This document shows positions 1 through 12,670 of a stretch of 64,000 bases of DNA, piece after piece. Positions within the stretch are counted from its first letter, which is position 1. Each line of letters opens with the position of its first letter. The position numbers and the translations under genes are program-made. The stretch lies in NCBI GenBank assembly GCA_004764695.1, contig SMSO01000031.1:6492761-6556760 (forward strand). Direction: 5' to 3'. Source of the DNA: Schizochytrium sp. TIO01. Its lineage: Eukaryota; Protista; Bigyra: Labyrinthulomycetes. The notes beneath the pieces were generated by a model. That model searched no databases and was not told the origin of the DNA. It saw nothing but the letters and a program-made list of their open reading frames with translations.

Positions 1-331
1 CTGTTGGTGTCTGTGTCGTCTCTCTCTTCTTAGCTGTTTATTTTTGGGGAAAGTCTGTCTGCATTACTTGCCCCATTCCCATAAATAGTATTCATTTGTT
101 ATGTAACGGATATTGACTGCGCGCTTAAGCGTCGCTCAAATACCAGAGACGTTGAAAATAAAAATAAAAATATTGGAACGAGTCCCATCGTTTCTCAACC
201 AATATAAAACTCCAAACTTGCTTGGAGGGTCAAGTTGCGAGGTGGCAACAACACGTATTGAGGCTCGCTGTAAAATCACGACACTGAAGATATTACTAGC
301 TAACTTCTCGATTGCGCAAAAGTGAGGAAGT

Positions 332-2779
332 ATGTCGCGCGCTCAAACTGCGTGGGCTGAGATGCTCGCAAGCGATGCCAAAACTGCGGAACAACACAAA
401 GAAAACAATGCAAAGTCTTCTGTGCAGCAGCAGTTTGCAGATGATGAGCTATTGCGCTTGCTCATGAGGCCAGATAAGAAAAATAAGAAGAAGAAGAAGA
501 AGACGATTACGATAAAATCGTCAGCGTCTGCTTCGAAGCTTGACAATCCGTCAACTGAGGCAAAACTTAGGGAAAAGGACGTCTCTGAAGCAGTCACTGA
601 TGAGAGGTGCGAGCAGGACCAGCAAAGCCACTTGAGCCCTACGCCTGCAGCTTTGCCATCAACTGCAGTGTTGACAGATCCCGCGATGGTGCTTCGTATG
701 TTGCAACGTGACATGAATTTATTAAGCGACTCTGCTGAGGCACGTTCACGAATTAACGCTGCAGAGCGATTGCTGAAGGTTCTCTTTCCCGAACATGGCG
801 AAGATCTTGAAGAAGCTATTCTTAGTGAGGTTTTTGCAGAATTACAAAAGCCTTTGCTTCGCCGGCTTAGCGACAGTGCTGAAAAATGCCGGGAGCTGTC
901 AATTATTCTGCTCACAAGGTTTTTAAGTAGGTGCGAAGATCTTGGACCAGTGCTGCCTTATATGTTCCCTGCTGTGATGGACCGCAATTCAGACACATTT
1001 GTTTTTGATGTGCAAAACAACGAGATGGTTCGTGATCTGGATGCTCACGAAGCAAAACAGCGAGGTAAAGCAATCCCTTTGGCCGATGGGGGTACTACTT
1101 TTAAACACAGTGTACGCGAGCCTTCGGAAGAGGTTCGACTACTGCTTTGCCAAATGCTTGGTACCCTCATGAATTCATTCACCTCTCGAGGCCTGCACTC
1201 CATGCTCGGCCCGTACTTTCACGACCTTGTCATGTTCTTTCACGCTTGTGCTGTTGACCCATATCCAACTCTTCGTTGTGAAGGTTTGAAAATGTTGCAG
1301 ACCCTTGCGCAAGAACCATCTTTCGAAAACACAATGCATCATTACTGTACCGCTTTGGTAAGGTCGGTCATGCCTAGCTTACGCCATCGGAGGTCGGCTG
1401 TAAAAATTGCAGCTATTCGTTGCATTGGGGCACTTGTTGCTTGTCCATATCGAAATAAGTGTAAAGGTGGCGGAACTGATGCAATCGTGGATTTAGTTGG
1501 TTTTCGAGAAGACAATGTGATTCCTGTAGTTGCGTTCTACCACGGCGAAACTCGCTTGAACTATTTAGGGTGTCTCGTTACAGATGAAAATTCAAATGTG
1601 CGCGTGGAGCTGTACAAAATGCTTGGGATGTGGTTGACTACTCTGCTCGATCGCTGGGATCATGCGGCACGTCTTTTGCCCTTCTTGCTTAGCGCTTTGT
1701 CGGATCAGTGCGAACAGGCACAGAACGCTGCATTGGGAACTCTCGATGAGCTTGGCAAACAATATGAAGAAGAGCATCATGAAGAGATACTCGAAAAGCG
1801 CCAATATGGCGTCGATGGCGCCCAAGGCAGAGCTAATTACGCCAAGCCCTTACCAGCGCCCTGGAAAGGTCGACCTCGGATGGGGACGCGACTTTATGTG
1901 CGCCAGCATTGCCGCCGGTTTCTTCACACAGTTCTACGTGAACTGCAAGATTGGAAGTCAACAACGCGGAGTCATGCTGCAGGTCTTTTGCGTACCATGC
2001 TTGTATATATGGAAGAACATGTCACGATGGAGCTTCATTCGCTCATCGAGACTTACTTTAGATTTTCCGAAAATGAAGAAATTGGAGGTCGTATTAGTGA
2101 GTGTGCTGAAATCACAGGGCGCTACGTAGATCCCAGCGCCTATCTCCCTCTTGTTCTCCCGCACGTGCAAGGTAAAGAGGGAACGCATGGCATCGTTGCT
2201 GGAACTCGTTGGGAGTCAGCTGGCAGGGCAATCACCATACTTGATCACTTGCTAGATGGTACTATTCTTTCTCGTGTGGTCCCGCACTTTTCTGAGCTTG
2301 TGAGTGTGCTAACTGATCGAACACTTGTTCAAGCAGCATCTCAGCGACCATCGTTATGTACACATATGGCCAAGGTACTCCGTCATCCAGCAATGCTTTT
2401 AGACAGTAGTGACGGTCGCAAGGCCGCTGATGCGCACTTTCTTGCTACTGGTAGGCTTAGCTCTCTTCGTACAGAAGCTGTTGATCTTTTGCAAAGTGTT
2501 GTGAATCTATTACGAGTGGAAGGGGGAGATAAAAAACTCTATGATGATCTCCAAGAATTGCTGGTGTCGTTAGTTCAGGCGACTGAACAGTTCGGAAGGC
2601 CCGGCGAGCTCCTGGCCGCACGCGTTTATATTGAGCCAGATTCTGTTTCCAGAGTTGATCAGAACGCTTGGGAGAACTTACGTTCTTTACAGCGGTGGCT
2701 TCCATCTGATGAGACTGGAGAAGTAATTGAAAGGCTTGCCCAAGACTATAGTGAAGAGCTCTTACTTGAGGATCAGTAA
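332..2779 (+). CDS. DNAAF5: Dynein axonemal assembly factor 5 (HEATR2)-like HEAT-repeat protein, 815 aa
   Basis: Intact ORF with HEAT repeats and family-type blocks: KPLLRRLSDSAEKCRE, EPSEEVRLLL, DPYP, LRHRRSAVKIAAI, WLTTLLDRWDHAARLLPFLLSALSD, RPRMGTRLYVR...LRELQDW. Confidence 0.8.
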   Translation: MSRAQTAWAEMLASDAKTAEQHKENNAKSSVQQQFADDELLRLLMRPDKKNKKKKKKTITIKSSASASKLDNPSTEAKLREKDVSEAVTDERCEQDQQSHLSPTPAALPSTAVLTDPAMVLRMLQRDMNLLSDSAEARSRINAAERLLKVLFPEHGEDLEEAILSEVFAELQKPLLRRLSDSAEKCRELSIILLTRFLSRCEDLGPVLPYMFPAVMDRNSDTFVFDVQNNEMVRDLDAHEAKQRGKAIPLADGGTTFKHSVREPSEEVRLLLCQMLGTLMNSFTSRGLHSMLGPYFHDLVMFFHACAVDPYPTLRCEGLKMLQTLAQEPSFENTMHHYCTALVRSVMPSLRHRRSAVKIAAIRCIGALVACPYRNKCKGGGTDAIVDLVGFREDNVIPVVAFYHGETRLNYLGCLVTDENSNVRVELYKMLGMWLTTLLDRWDHAARLLPFLLSALSDQCEQAQNAALGTLDELGKQYEEEHHEEILEKRQYGVDGAQGRANYAKPLPAPWKGRPRMGTRLYVRQHCRRFLHTVLRELQDWKSTTRSHAAGLLRTMLVYMEEHVTMELHSLIETYFRFSENEEIGGRISECAEITGRYVDPSAYLPLVLPHVQGKEGTHGIVAGTRWESAGRAITILDHLLDGTILSRVVPHFSELVSVLTDRTLVQAASQRPSLCTHMAKVLRHPAMLLDSSDGRKAADAHFLATGRLSSLRTEAVDLLQSVVNLLRVEGGDKKLYDDLQELLVSLVQATEQFGRPGELLAARVYIEPDSVSRVDQNAWENLRSLQRWLPSDETGEVIERLAQDYSEELLLEDQ

Positions 2780-2988
2780 GATTTAAGCAATGCATTTGCC
2801 GTTTAAACGATAAAATAGTTTGCAGAATAATTCTATTCTGTATCTAAGGTTCACGTTTCTGGATTACGAGAAACTCCGGAACTTGAGCAGAAATTACCAC
2901 CAAATCTATAGCACTATGTGTTTATAGATGTCGGATCTACTGGGTAAAATATTTTTTCATCCTGGTGATTCAGAAAATACGATAACTT

Positions 2989-5900
2989 TTATATGTGTTG
3001 CAAAAGGGATGATGCATGCGTCGAAAACGCTTGAGTGCGAAGCAGAGCTGCATAAAATGTACGATGTGTGGGGTTGACTGCATCAAGAAAACGGTGCTCA
3101 TTGAAGAGAATGAGCGCATCCGATTTATCAAAGTTAAGCGGGATGCAATGCGGCACGACTTGCTCTAACAGCTTATCAACTACCATATGGAAGGAATCAC
3201 AAATCTCGCGCGATGGAACCTTGGATGCACGCACGGGAGTACCAAACAGGCTATCGCAAGATTCGTAGCGAGGTTGCGTAAGCCTGCGTAGGTCTTGCAC
3301 TAAGTGTGCGCGAAGTTCTTGAGGAAGCATAAGGTGGGAGCCGAGAGAGGTCTCCTCTTCATCATATGCAGCAAGCGTGTCACCCCCTCGTGCAGTCATA
3401 GATGGCATCTGCAAAGTTCCATGGTCGAGGTTTACAACTACTGCATCGAGGACGAATGGAAAATCTTTCTTGAAAGCATAGTCCGTATGAATACCAATAA
3501 TGAATGGCGTGGGACATTCAAGATGGTCAAGCATTCTTCGTGGGAGAATTGGCGCATAAACATGACTCCACTGCATCGGTTTGAGAAGATCGCGCATGGC
3601 TTCCGCAATCGTTGTTAGCGCGGTAAACCGTTTTGACACAAATAACATTTTCCGTTCGAGAAGGCAGCATTCAAAGAGCCTGATGATATCATCGTATGAA
3701 AAAATTTCGAACAGTAAGTCAAGATCAAGCTCATCATTCTTGTATTCATTCTCATGCAAAGATTTGAAGTCAGCTAGACTCGTTTTGATGGTAGATACGA
3801 CAGGCTCGCATAAAAGATTTAAGTCTTGACCCTCCTTTTCGAAGCTAGAGCGGTGCTGCTCTGCAACGGCACGTAAGGACTCTCGATGCATGTCGAGGAA
3901 GCGAGACGTGCTTGTTATACAAATACCTGTATAACTAGAGCCCTCGCGAAATGCAAGACTGCTGCCGTACAGGCCATTTCCCATGACAAAGTTGAACAGC
4001 ATAGGATACTGATTAGGGTCTTCTTCACCAACGCCGACGTGCTCATTACCAAGACGATGGGGCAAGAAAAAACGTTCAATCTGTGGGGGTACAGTGGCAC
4101 CCTCGATTGCAGGAAAAATTTTAGGATCTTGCACTCCTGGCGGGGCTTCAAAAAGCAAAACGTGACTAATAACACCACCAAGGTACTTATCTTGTTGATC
4201 CGTGGAGTCGTGCATAGGAAGGGGGGCAACAGCGCGGTGTGTATTAAGGTAATCTGGCAATTTGGCTTCTTGAAGAATTGCCGAAAGGCGTGGCATATAC
4301 TTATCAAGAAGGGCTTCATTGCCATCATTTTTTGCGGCTGAATTGAATGCCTCCCAGATCATTTTACCAAGTGCATGGTGCACAAATTGGCGGTGCAGAT
4401 CTTTGCATAGGACAAGGAGTCTTTCATGTAGATATGAAAAGTCGAGGTCTTGTGTCTCCTCGTCGTAAACACGTTCTCGACGCGCAACAGGAACAAATGA
4501 TTCTTTGAATAGAGTTGAGCAGAATTTTGCGGTGCTCCAAATAGATAACGCGCTTGCTGCAGGGGCGCTTGCTTTCGTAGGTTCCAGGCCCAACAGGTAA
4601 ATAAGAAAAGCAGCGCAGCACTTTCGGTTCTCCAAAATAAGTTCGAGAGGAACAATTTGTCTCACTAGGCGAGAGAAAACTCGTAGTTTCCATCCATTGC
4701 GCTCGCCAAGCTTTTCCAGCGCTCGTTCGACATCCTTTTCATGAAGAAAGAGAGCAAATGTATCGTTACGTACAAGCTCTTGTACATACTCGAAAAGAAC
4801 TTCGAGAGCCTCGATAGACCCGGAACTCAGAACTTCTCGTCTTGCTTGGTTTGCCGCTGGATTGCGGTAGATAACGTCTCGAATTGAAAAATCAGTGTTT
4901 TTGCCTTGCAAATATTTTGCGGCGATGCCTTTACGAATGGAATTTTCGACCGTGGCTTGGTTGAATCGATGAGATCCAGCCTTGATACGCTGGCGAATTT
5001 TGACGACCTCCACAAGGAACATGATTTGCGCTACAGCCGTATTGACATACTTTCGTGGGGACGATGGTGCATGCCGGCGCATGTCTACATCTGGGCTTTC
5101 AATTTCTTCATCATCCGTCACAGTCGTAGTAGTGTCAGCATCATCGTCCCCTTCTATATCGTCGCTAACTAACGTTGTTGCTCCAACTAGCTGAATATTG
5201 CCCTCCATATTCTCCTCACGCAATATTTTTTCAAGTGCTCGTTCATTCTTTAAAACTTCGCGATAATTGGAGGAGTCTAGGTAACGGTTGACAAAATTGA
5301 GGAAGACCTCAAGGGGGCCGTTCGAGATAAGCACTGAGCCAAGCTGCAGAGGCTCGGGTCTGCGCCAGAATCTAAGGACAATCGGGCGAGAGCTGTCACG
5401 AATAAAATCAGTGAGCTCGTTTAGCGTCTCATTGCAGCGAATCCAACGATCTTCGCACGAGGCGCTGACAATGATGTCACCCTTGGCAATAATTCCTAAT
5501 TTATAGGCAGCAACGCCAGTCAGTGCTTGCACAAATATATGCTCTTTATGCGATAGAGTGAGACCAATTGAACGACTAGAAAAGTAGACATCAAACATCA
5601 TATGGCGGCGTTGGTTACCTTGAACTAAAGGTAATCTGTACGCGTCTCCGTCAGGACGATACCACTTTTCGCGTTGAATGGGTAAACCAATGTTGTCTTT
5701 GTTGATAGTCCCGTGTGGAGAACTTGACGTTCGATGGCTAGAGGCGAGTGGGTTCGACTGCTCGTCATCATCCCCATCTTGAGATAGCGTCCAGGGTCGC
5801 TCCGCACCAAGACGAACTACCTCCTCAAAGGAAACGGCGACGGGTTCACCCAGAACCATGGCACCGCCTACATGGCGCACATGGCGCTTCTCCATTTCTT

Positions 5901-6159
5901 CATGTGACATATCTCCATTAAGTTGTTCTTCTTCTATATCATTTTGGCGAAGGTGGCTTTCCACTTGAAGTTGGCCATCTTCATTTCCGTAGTCACCAAC
6001 TCCGATGCCACCTTCAGTTTCAGAAGCAGAATTTTCTGACATCAGGGATGCCTGGCTAGCTTGTTGAAGTTCTTTGGCCATATGATTCTCTTGAATGGAC
6101 GAGTTTGAAGCTGGTTTAGCGTCGGCTTTATCATGACTTTCATCATCACTACTAATCAT
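2989..6159 (-). CDS. DENN-domain (Rab GEF family) protein with N-terminal PDZ-like and RGS-like domains, 1056 aa
   Basis: cDENN motif LLERKMLFVS...WSHVYAPILP...LECPTPFIIGIH; dDENN motif FNEHRFL...FYAALLRTQAF; PDZ-like SIGLTL...GIIAKGDIIVS...RPIVLRF; in-frame stop upstream of ATG 6159. Confidence 0.85.
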   Translation of the reverse strand: MISSDDESHDKADAKPASNSSIQENHMAKELQQASQASLMSENSASETEGGIGVGDYGNEDGQLQVESHLRQNDIEEEQLNGDMSHEEMEKRHVRHVGGAMVLGEPVAVSFEEVVRLGAERPWTLSQDGDDDEQSNPLASSHRTSSSPHGTINKDNIGLPIQREKWYRPDGDAYRLPLVQGNQRRHMMFDVYFSSRSIGLTLSHKEHIFVQALTGVAAYKLGIIAKGDIIVSASCEDRWIRCNETLNELTDFIRDSSRPIVLRFWRRPEPLQLGSVLISNGPLEVFLNFVNRYLDSSNYREVLKNERALEKILREENMEGNIQLVGATTLVSDDIEGDDDADTTTTVTDDEEIESPDVDMRRHAPSSPRKYVNTAVAQIMFLVEVVKIRQRIKAGSHRFNQATVENSIRKGIAAKYLQGKNTDFSIRDVIYRNPAANQARREVLSSGSIEALEVLFEYVQELVRNDTFALFLHEKDVERALEKLGERNGWKLRVFSRLVRQIVPLELILENRKCCAAFLIYLLGLEPTKASAPAASALSIWSTAKFCSTLFKESFVPVARRERVYDEETQDLDFSYLHERLLVLCKDLHRQFVHHALGKMIWEAFNSAAKNDGNEALLDKYMPRLSAILQEAKLPDYLNTHRAVAPLPMHDSTDQQDKYLGGVISHVLLFEAPPGVQDPKIFPAIEGATVPPQIERFFLPHRLGNEHVGVGEEDPNQYPMLFNFVMGNGLYGSSLAFREGSSYTGICITSTSRFLDMHRESLRAVAEQHRSSFEKEGQDLNLLCEPVVSTIKTSLADFKSLHENEYKNDELDLDLLFEIFSYDDIIRLFECCLLERKMLFVSKRFTALTTIAEAMRDLLKPMQWSHVYAPILPRRMLDHLECPTPFIIGIHTDYAFKKDFPFVLDAVVVNLDHGTLQMPSMTARGGDTLAAYDEEETSLGSHLMLPQELRAHLVQDLRRLTQPRYESCDSLFGTPVRASKVPSREICDSFHMVVDKLLEQVVPHCIPLNFDKSDALILFNEHRFLDAVNPTHRTFYAALLRTQAFSTHASSLLQHI

Positions 6160-8970
6160 CTTTGAAAGCGATGTTGCCAGTTATCAGCTAATCCTCACGA
6201 TATATACCTGAAAATTTGTTGCAGTGTCGTACGTAGCTGAGGGTTTTCCAGTATCTAAAATCTTCAAGATGCTAAGCAGGTAGGAAGTTTTTGCAGAGGG
6301 GTCTCGGGTTCGATAGTTTTTGCTAAAAAATATTCGGAATACCTGGATTGATAAGCAGCGGAGGATGTCCTCCTTGTGCTAAAGTAACCCTTTGATTGAA
6401 AGTGATCACAATCTTTCTCCAGCACTCCAAGATATCCAGCTCTTTAAAAAGACGTCTTACAAACGTATTTGCAGTTACAAGCCCAACTGTCGTTCGTATT
6501 TATTTACTTTCTTGGTGAGCGTACAAGTTGCACGTATCAGCTTACTTATCTTTTTTGTTCTGAAGTTCTCCGAAGTTAAATCTTGGACACCTGGTATCTT
6601 CAACGAAAAACAGCTATAAAGCTGAGGGTTCAAACCGGTCCAAGAGTTTCCCAAAGTTGAATATTTCCTCCCAGCGAGAAAAGGCCACTCGAGAAGGTAT
6701 CTGCGCAGCCCCGCGCAACCCTGCGCAAGGCTTCGCCGCACGTTGTCAACTTGCTTGCGAGGTCGCCTGGATGGGCGCCCTCGAACCCAGATTAGAACGC
6801 AAGTATTTTAGAACGATAAGAACAGGTCATAAGATCTACCGGAATTCCGTACTTGGAGACGGAATTCCTATAGTTATCAGTTCTCTCCTCCAACCCTCTT
6901 CGAAGTTCTCGGCACGTGGTTAGGGGCGGACAGAGCAGAGATCACTTATTCTTCATTTTTTTAGTTTTTTCTTTTTCAAATAAATTCTTTTCATCATAGT
7001 AGTAGCTCGCTAACTGAATAGTTCTAACAGATTGCATGTGAGGGGGACGAACTTTACTTGTCTAGAGCTGGTTGGATTGAACCGTTGACGAAGTAGGTAC
7101 TAGTATATCCGGACTGAGTAGCAGCGGCGCTGAGTTTGGGTGTGGAGTAGAGGAGGTGAGGCATCTCTATAGATTATAGAGTCGTTTATGGGTTGTTGAG
7201 GCAAATGTCAGCAAAGGGGTAGTCTGGGACCTGATCACAGAGAAATAGCTTCGTAGATTTCTTCGCTCGTGTTCTCGACATGCTAGAAATGAAAATAAGC
7301 GGGACTTTGACGAGAGGGCGATCTTGAACCACCCTATGGGGATGCGTTGATTACATCAGTGCTACTCTTTTGAGGTTTGTGTTGTGAGAGTTTTAAGTTA
7401 GTTCTATTTCTACTCCTTTGGGGATCCTCTAAAACAAAAAATAGGATACGTAGAATTATTTTAGAATGCAGATCAAAAGCAACCAAATTTAATCGATCCA
7501 GTTAGAGGGGTTCTTGGAAACTCATACACAAGAAACTTGGCTTAGCCACATATGTAGGATCTTTTAAGTATTGCCAAGTGTGAAGTAGAAACGATCTAAT
7601 TTGCTCATAGGAAAGCAGAACAATGTGTTTGCGCTTTTTACTAAGCAAGGGGCTAAGGAGTAGAAAACAAGTCAAAGTTAAAGAAAGTGCTTGCTTTTAA
7701 AAAGAAGAAATCTCTCAACACGCAACTCAAAATTAATGTGATTTATAAAGTCCGTGTTGAGTATGATCTGTGAATCCACTGAAGTGCACAATATGGACTT
7801 TTCGCCAGGCTCTGTGTATTCTAACTTGATTTGCTAACTTGCAAATTTACCCACTTGGAGACCTAGTATGGGATTATTATCCCCCTACAGGGTGTACGTG
7901 TCGTTTAACCACCAAAGTCGTTCTGGAGTGGTGGCGCGGGAGTGCACAAAGCCCAATACTCAGATTACCCTATATATTTCACCTTTTCAGCAAGTCAAGA
8001 CTTTGCACTTCTCATTTGCAAGTTATTTAATGAGCTCCGTATCGAGAAGGCCCATGAGAGCAGCCTCCGTTCAGAGGCAGAGGATCAGCGAGAGTAGCAT
8101 CCACCAGGATAAAAGTTTTGAAATTAAAAAAGTAGAAAAGAAGAGAAAGAGATTGAAAAGATTGAAGTCAAGTTCAAGGTACACACCTACCTGACTTCCA
8201 GGGAAACACCTGCAAGTTTGCCAGCCACACAAAGTATGCTCAATCATGAGAAATATGCACAGGTAAATATGGAAAAACTATGTACAGTCTTGGGAACAAG
8301 TTGACAGGGAAGTTTACTTAAAGATGTAAGACTTGAAGAAAGTGACTGACCTCAGTCTTTCCAGAGTGCAAATGATTAAATCAAGGCTAGGCACAGTTCG
8401 TCTACTGTGTCTTGAGCGAACTGGGTCTTTCCCCTCTCTATCTCCCATGTAGTCTGAAGTAGTCAAATTGAAGTTGGTCAGAGTGAAGGAACATTTTCGC
8501 TCAAGTTTATTATACCCCCTCTACTAGTACTTTGGCTTCCCCGATTATCTCATCTGGCCAGCTTGGCACTAATAGACAGGGTGCCTTGTAGTTATATTAC
8601 CTATCTAGGTGAGTAAATTTGCCTCTTGATCTAAGTGTGAAGATTCTTTGGTATTGTACATTCAACTTTACACGTTACATTCACCCAAACATCTCTCAGA
8701 AAGTCCGAATTAAAATAAGATGAAAATATAAGATCTCAAGTCTACTATGTCTTCTGTTTGGCAGTGTGAGCTAGGAGTTCTCGATAATTCTATTATCATC
8801 TGTAGTCAGCAGAGCATGTGATGGATGATCGAGGCATTAGCTCTTTCACCTCCATCAGGAACGATGGTGCCATTTCACATTAACGGCACGTTTTCTAACC
8901 TGAGATCGAACCTCCATCAGCAAACTGCATGAACCAATCTCGTCATCAGGCACTGTATATCAACGAGCCC

Positions 8971-9013
<43 letters not shown>

Positions 9014-9023
9014 GAAGTAAGTT
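8971..9023. repeat. (AAGT)n microsatellite
   Basis: Tandem tetranucleotide run with one variant unit. Confidence 0.95.
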
Positions 9024-12000
9024 TCCTCCAAGCCAGCCTGAGGCTGTGGCTGTGTATAAAGCATGCCACAGCTTGCTTGCTTGCTTGCTCGCTCGCAGAT
9101 TTCGCATCTAAAATCTCGGCGCTGCACATCTCCATCTTGACATTCTTCGAGTGTGCGCCATCTCAGTCTTCTCTGTGTTGCAATGTGCCCTCCCTTCGTG
9201 CAATCCCCAACAAAGTTCAGTCGTAGGTCATGCTGAGGGGACCCTTATAACTGGTCTCACTCCCAGCGTGCCCTTACTTTGCGCACGTCCCCCTCCAAGT
9301 AATGAGCAATACTCTTTAATATTACCTACTAGTCCTAAAAAAAACATGCAATTAAAAAAAGAAAAGAAAAAAGACTAAACGATAATAATAAAAAATGAAA
9401 TTGTAAAAACGAAATTAAAGAATAAAAACTATAAAAGGTTGTCATCAGCTGCAATTGCAATTGCAAGTGAGTGAATTGCAATTCGTCATTGCGAATTGGT
9501 TGAGCAAGTTCTCCGGAGCTCGGCCGGGGCCCTCGCGAACTGGAGCGAGCGAGCGAGTGAGTGAGTGAGTGAGTCAGGATCGCCGGAAGGCAGCGTTGAC
9601 GATCGCTCGACCAGACTGGCCAACCGGCAAGTCCCTCGATCACAGGACTTGTCCCGGTACGGTTGAATGGCTCACCGAGTTAAACGAAATTCTCGCGCTC
9701 CTCGAACCGAATCAAATCGAGCCGAGCATGTCAATAACCAAACGAATAATAATAAACACATTCCACTTACGCTGGGCGATGATAGAAACACTCACCTCAC
9801 TGCGAACTGGAATGCAGGGGTATTACTATTTCGCGCGGCCGCAGACGGATTTATGAGCGGAGATGCTGATTGATTCAAGTCTTTGAGTGAGTGAGTGAAT
9901 GAATGAATGCATGAATGCATGAATGAATGAATGAATGATTGATTGATTCATTGCAAACAACCCAACAGAGAAGCAAAGAAGCGCCTCGTGATGAGAAGAA
10001 CTAACTTCAAGTTGGCCAATAGCTTAGCTATAGCTGGCCTAGAGGCACCTCCTATGCGTATCTCCTATACGCAGCTCTAGCGCTCTGCGAGTAAGAATGA
10101 TCAAAAATGCGCTTGAAAGTCGAAGGGGATCGATCGATCATTGGCGCTCGGCATTTCAGTCGTGCTAAGGCAAAGCAAGGCAAAGCAAATTATCACGTGC
10201 GGTTTATCTCCATTAACGTTGAAAACCCCGGGCTCAACCTTGCTCGTGCGTTATAGATCATGGTTCACACAACCCATCCATGAATCACTGCGCTCGAATA
10301 AAGAGAACTTCGAAAGTAGATAAACAGTAAACAATTAAATTTTAAAAATAAATTTAATTCTTAATTGCAGAGACTTCCTCTCGCGTTTCCTCTCTTTCCC
10401 GTTCTGCAAATTGGATACGAGGAGGGCCTTAGCACTCACCTACATCGATATAGGGCTCAGGACCTCTCACGTCGTCGGTGAAAGACAGTCGTCTTAGCTT
10501 CTCCAGGGCCTAGCCGTAACGCTAGGACCTATACCAATGTGTGCCCTCATAACGTATTCCATAGGAGTGTGCCCATTTCCCCCCAAATTTCTTCCCTCTC
10601 CGTCTCCGCCCTAATTTCCAAGCAAAAGTCTTCGGAAAAGCCAAACGATCGCATGTGAGGCATTAAGTTTCGAAAATAGACTCCCGATTACTTGAAAATC
10701 AAGGACCTCGAGGACTCTGCACCCTTTGCTGACGGCTGTTTATCCAATGCATCAGTCACTTAGCTCCTTCTTGAAACCCATCTGTTCGCTCGCACGTGAA
10801 AACCAGTAGGTACTAGGCGCAGGAGAGGTATCATAGCACTAGCTAGCGTATCTCTAGCGCACTAATTATTTTTGTTCTTTTATTTAATAACTAAGAAATG
10901 GCTGAGAGAAACTTTTTCTAGTAAACTTATTTAATAAAAAAACAAGAAGAAGAATGCTCGAAGGCGGCAGAAAAGCGTTGCTTTACTCATACTTACGCAT
11001 GGGGGAGGAGCGATTAGCAGGCAGTTCTGCAGCTAAACCTTCAAAGCAGCTTTTTCGAAGACGCTGGAAAGAGAGCAAGAAAGGGCGAAAGAAAGGGCGA
11101 AAGAAAGAGTTGAAAGAAAGAGTTGAAAGAAAGAAAAAAAAAGGTTTCTCGCCTCTTCCGTGGCACTTCTCCCCCTTCGCCCTCCTCAGACAGGTCCCAC
11201 CTTTCCCCCTTTCCCTCCCGCTCTCCCAGTCTGCCCCCTTTTCGGCGTACCTATTTATTTCGCTAAAGCAGGAGGCACTTCGAATGAGAAAGCAGATATA
11301 TACAAATGAAGACCAACCCTCTCGAGAAAACCCGGCCAAGAGCAGCCTCGAGTGCGAGTGGGTTTGTATGCTCATACATTCTTGGCTAGTTTTACTCAAT
11401 TAGCAATGCTTCGATTGTCTCGTGCAACTTTTGCGAATTCGCAGGTGTTTCAAGAATTTGTAAGGCTTAGCTACCAATGAACAAACACAAACGTGGCAGA
11501 ATTGCAGGTGCTATACTTTTATAACAACCTATAGATTTAGGCATTCTGCGATCTCGAGTGAACTTGAACTTGGAGTTAGGGATTCATTCCTCACGCGCGA
11601 GAGTACTCTGAGGGGATCCTCTGCGAAGGTCACTTATCTGCGCAGAGGCTGCTCCATGCCACACAAGTTGGACTTCAAGTGCAGGTGCCGCAGACCACCA
11701 TTGCAGTTAGTTTCGGCGCTGTCCTCCTTTAATTAATATAATAGTCTTAAAACAAACAAAGAAACAAAGAAACAACAAATCACCAGTCAATCAATCATTC
11801 AATCAATCGATTGAATGAATGAGTTGATGAATTGAGAATCAACCGAACGGTCGAATCGTCAATTAGATCGAATGAGCGACTAAATCACTACGAATGAACA
11901 TATAAACGAATGAATCAATCGACCGATCGACCACATATTACCCAACATCACTCGAAGAGAACTAGAAATGACAAATACAAAGCTCTAACCGCTTTGCTAT

Positions 12001-12528
12001 TCCTACGTATTACCTCAAAGTTACTTAGCGCAGCTCAGTCTTTTACCACGAACGAAATACATGATTTATCCATGTATTGGTTTCAATTTTAATTAAAAGT
12101 AAAATAATAGAGCAAAAATAGAAAAAGAAAAAGAAAGAAAGAAAGAAAGAAAGAAAGAAATGAATAACTAACTAGCATGGATTGTGGGGTACACTAGCCA
12201 CTTGTTTGGGTAGAGCTCCTAGTAAGAAGCGTAATGGAAAAAGAAAAGAAAGAAAAGCAAAAGAAAGCAAAAGAAAGAAAGAATGTGTTTGTTGTAGCTA
12301 AAAGTTAGCTAGTCGCTCGCTATCTCCTCACCCATGACTTAAGGCATAGCACATACAGCGTTGTTCTCTCTGCGTGAAAGTTGTGGTTAATTGTGAGCTA
12401 TGGATGTATGTGTTTATGGACGTACATGGTAGGTAGGTATATACACACTACTATAGTATAGGGAGGTGGGTGGGTTATAACAGCGCTGTTGTGTGCTTTA
12501 GTTCCTCTTTAGATTGCGCGAGATAACA

Positions 12529-12670
12529 CATTCACTCATTCATTCATTCATTCATTCATTCATTCACTCATTTGGATGGGAAATAAAAGTAAAATAAAAG
12601 CCATTCGAACATTCAAACATTCAAACATTCAAACATTCAACACTCAAACACTCAAACATTCAAACATTCA
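12529..12670. repeat. (TTCA)n microsatellite followed by a (CATTCAAA)n tandem repeat
   Basis: Two adjacent tandem arrays seen directly. Confidence 0.9.
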
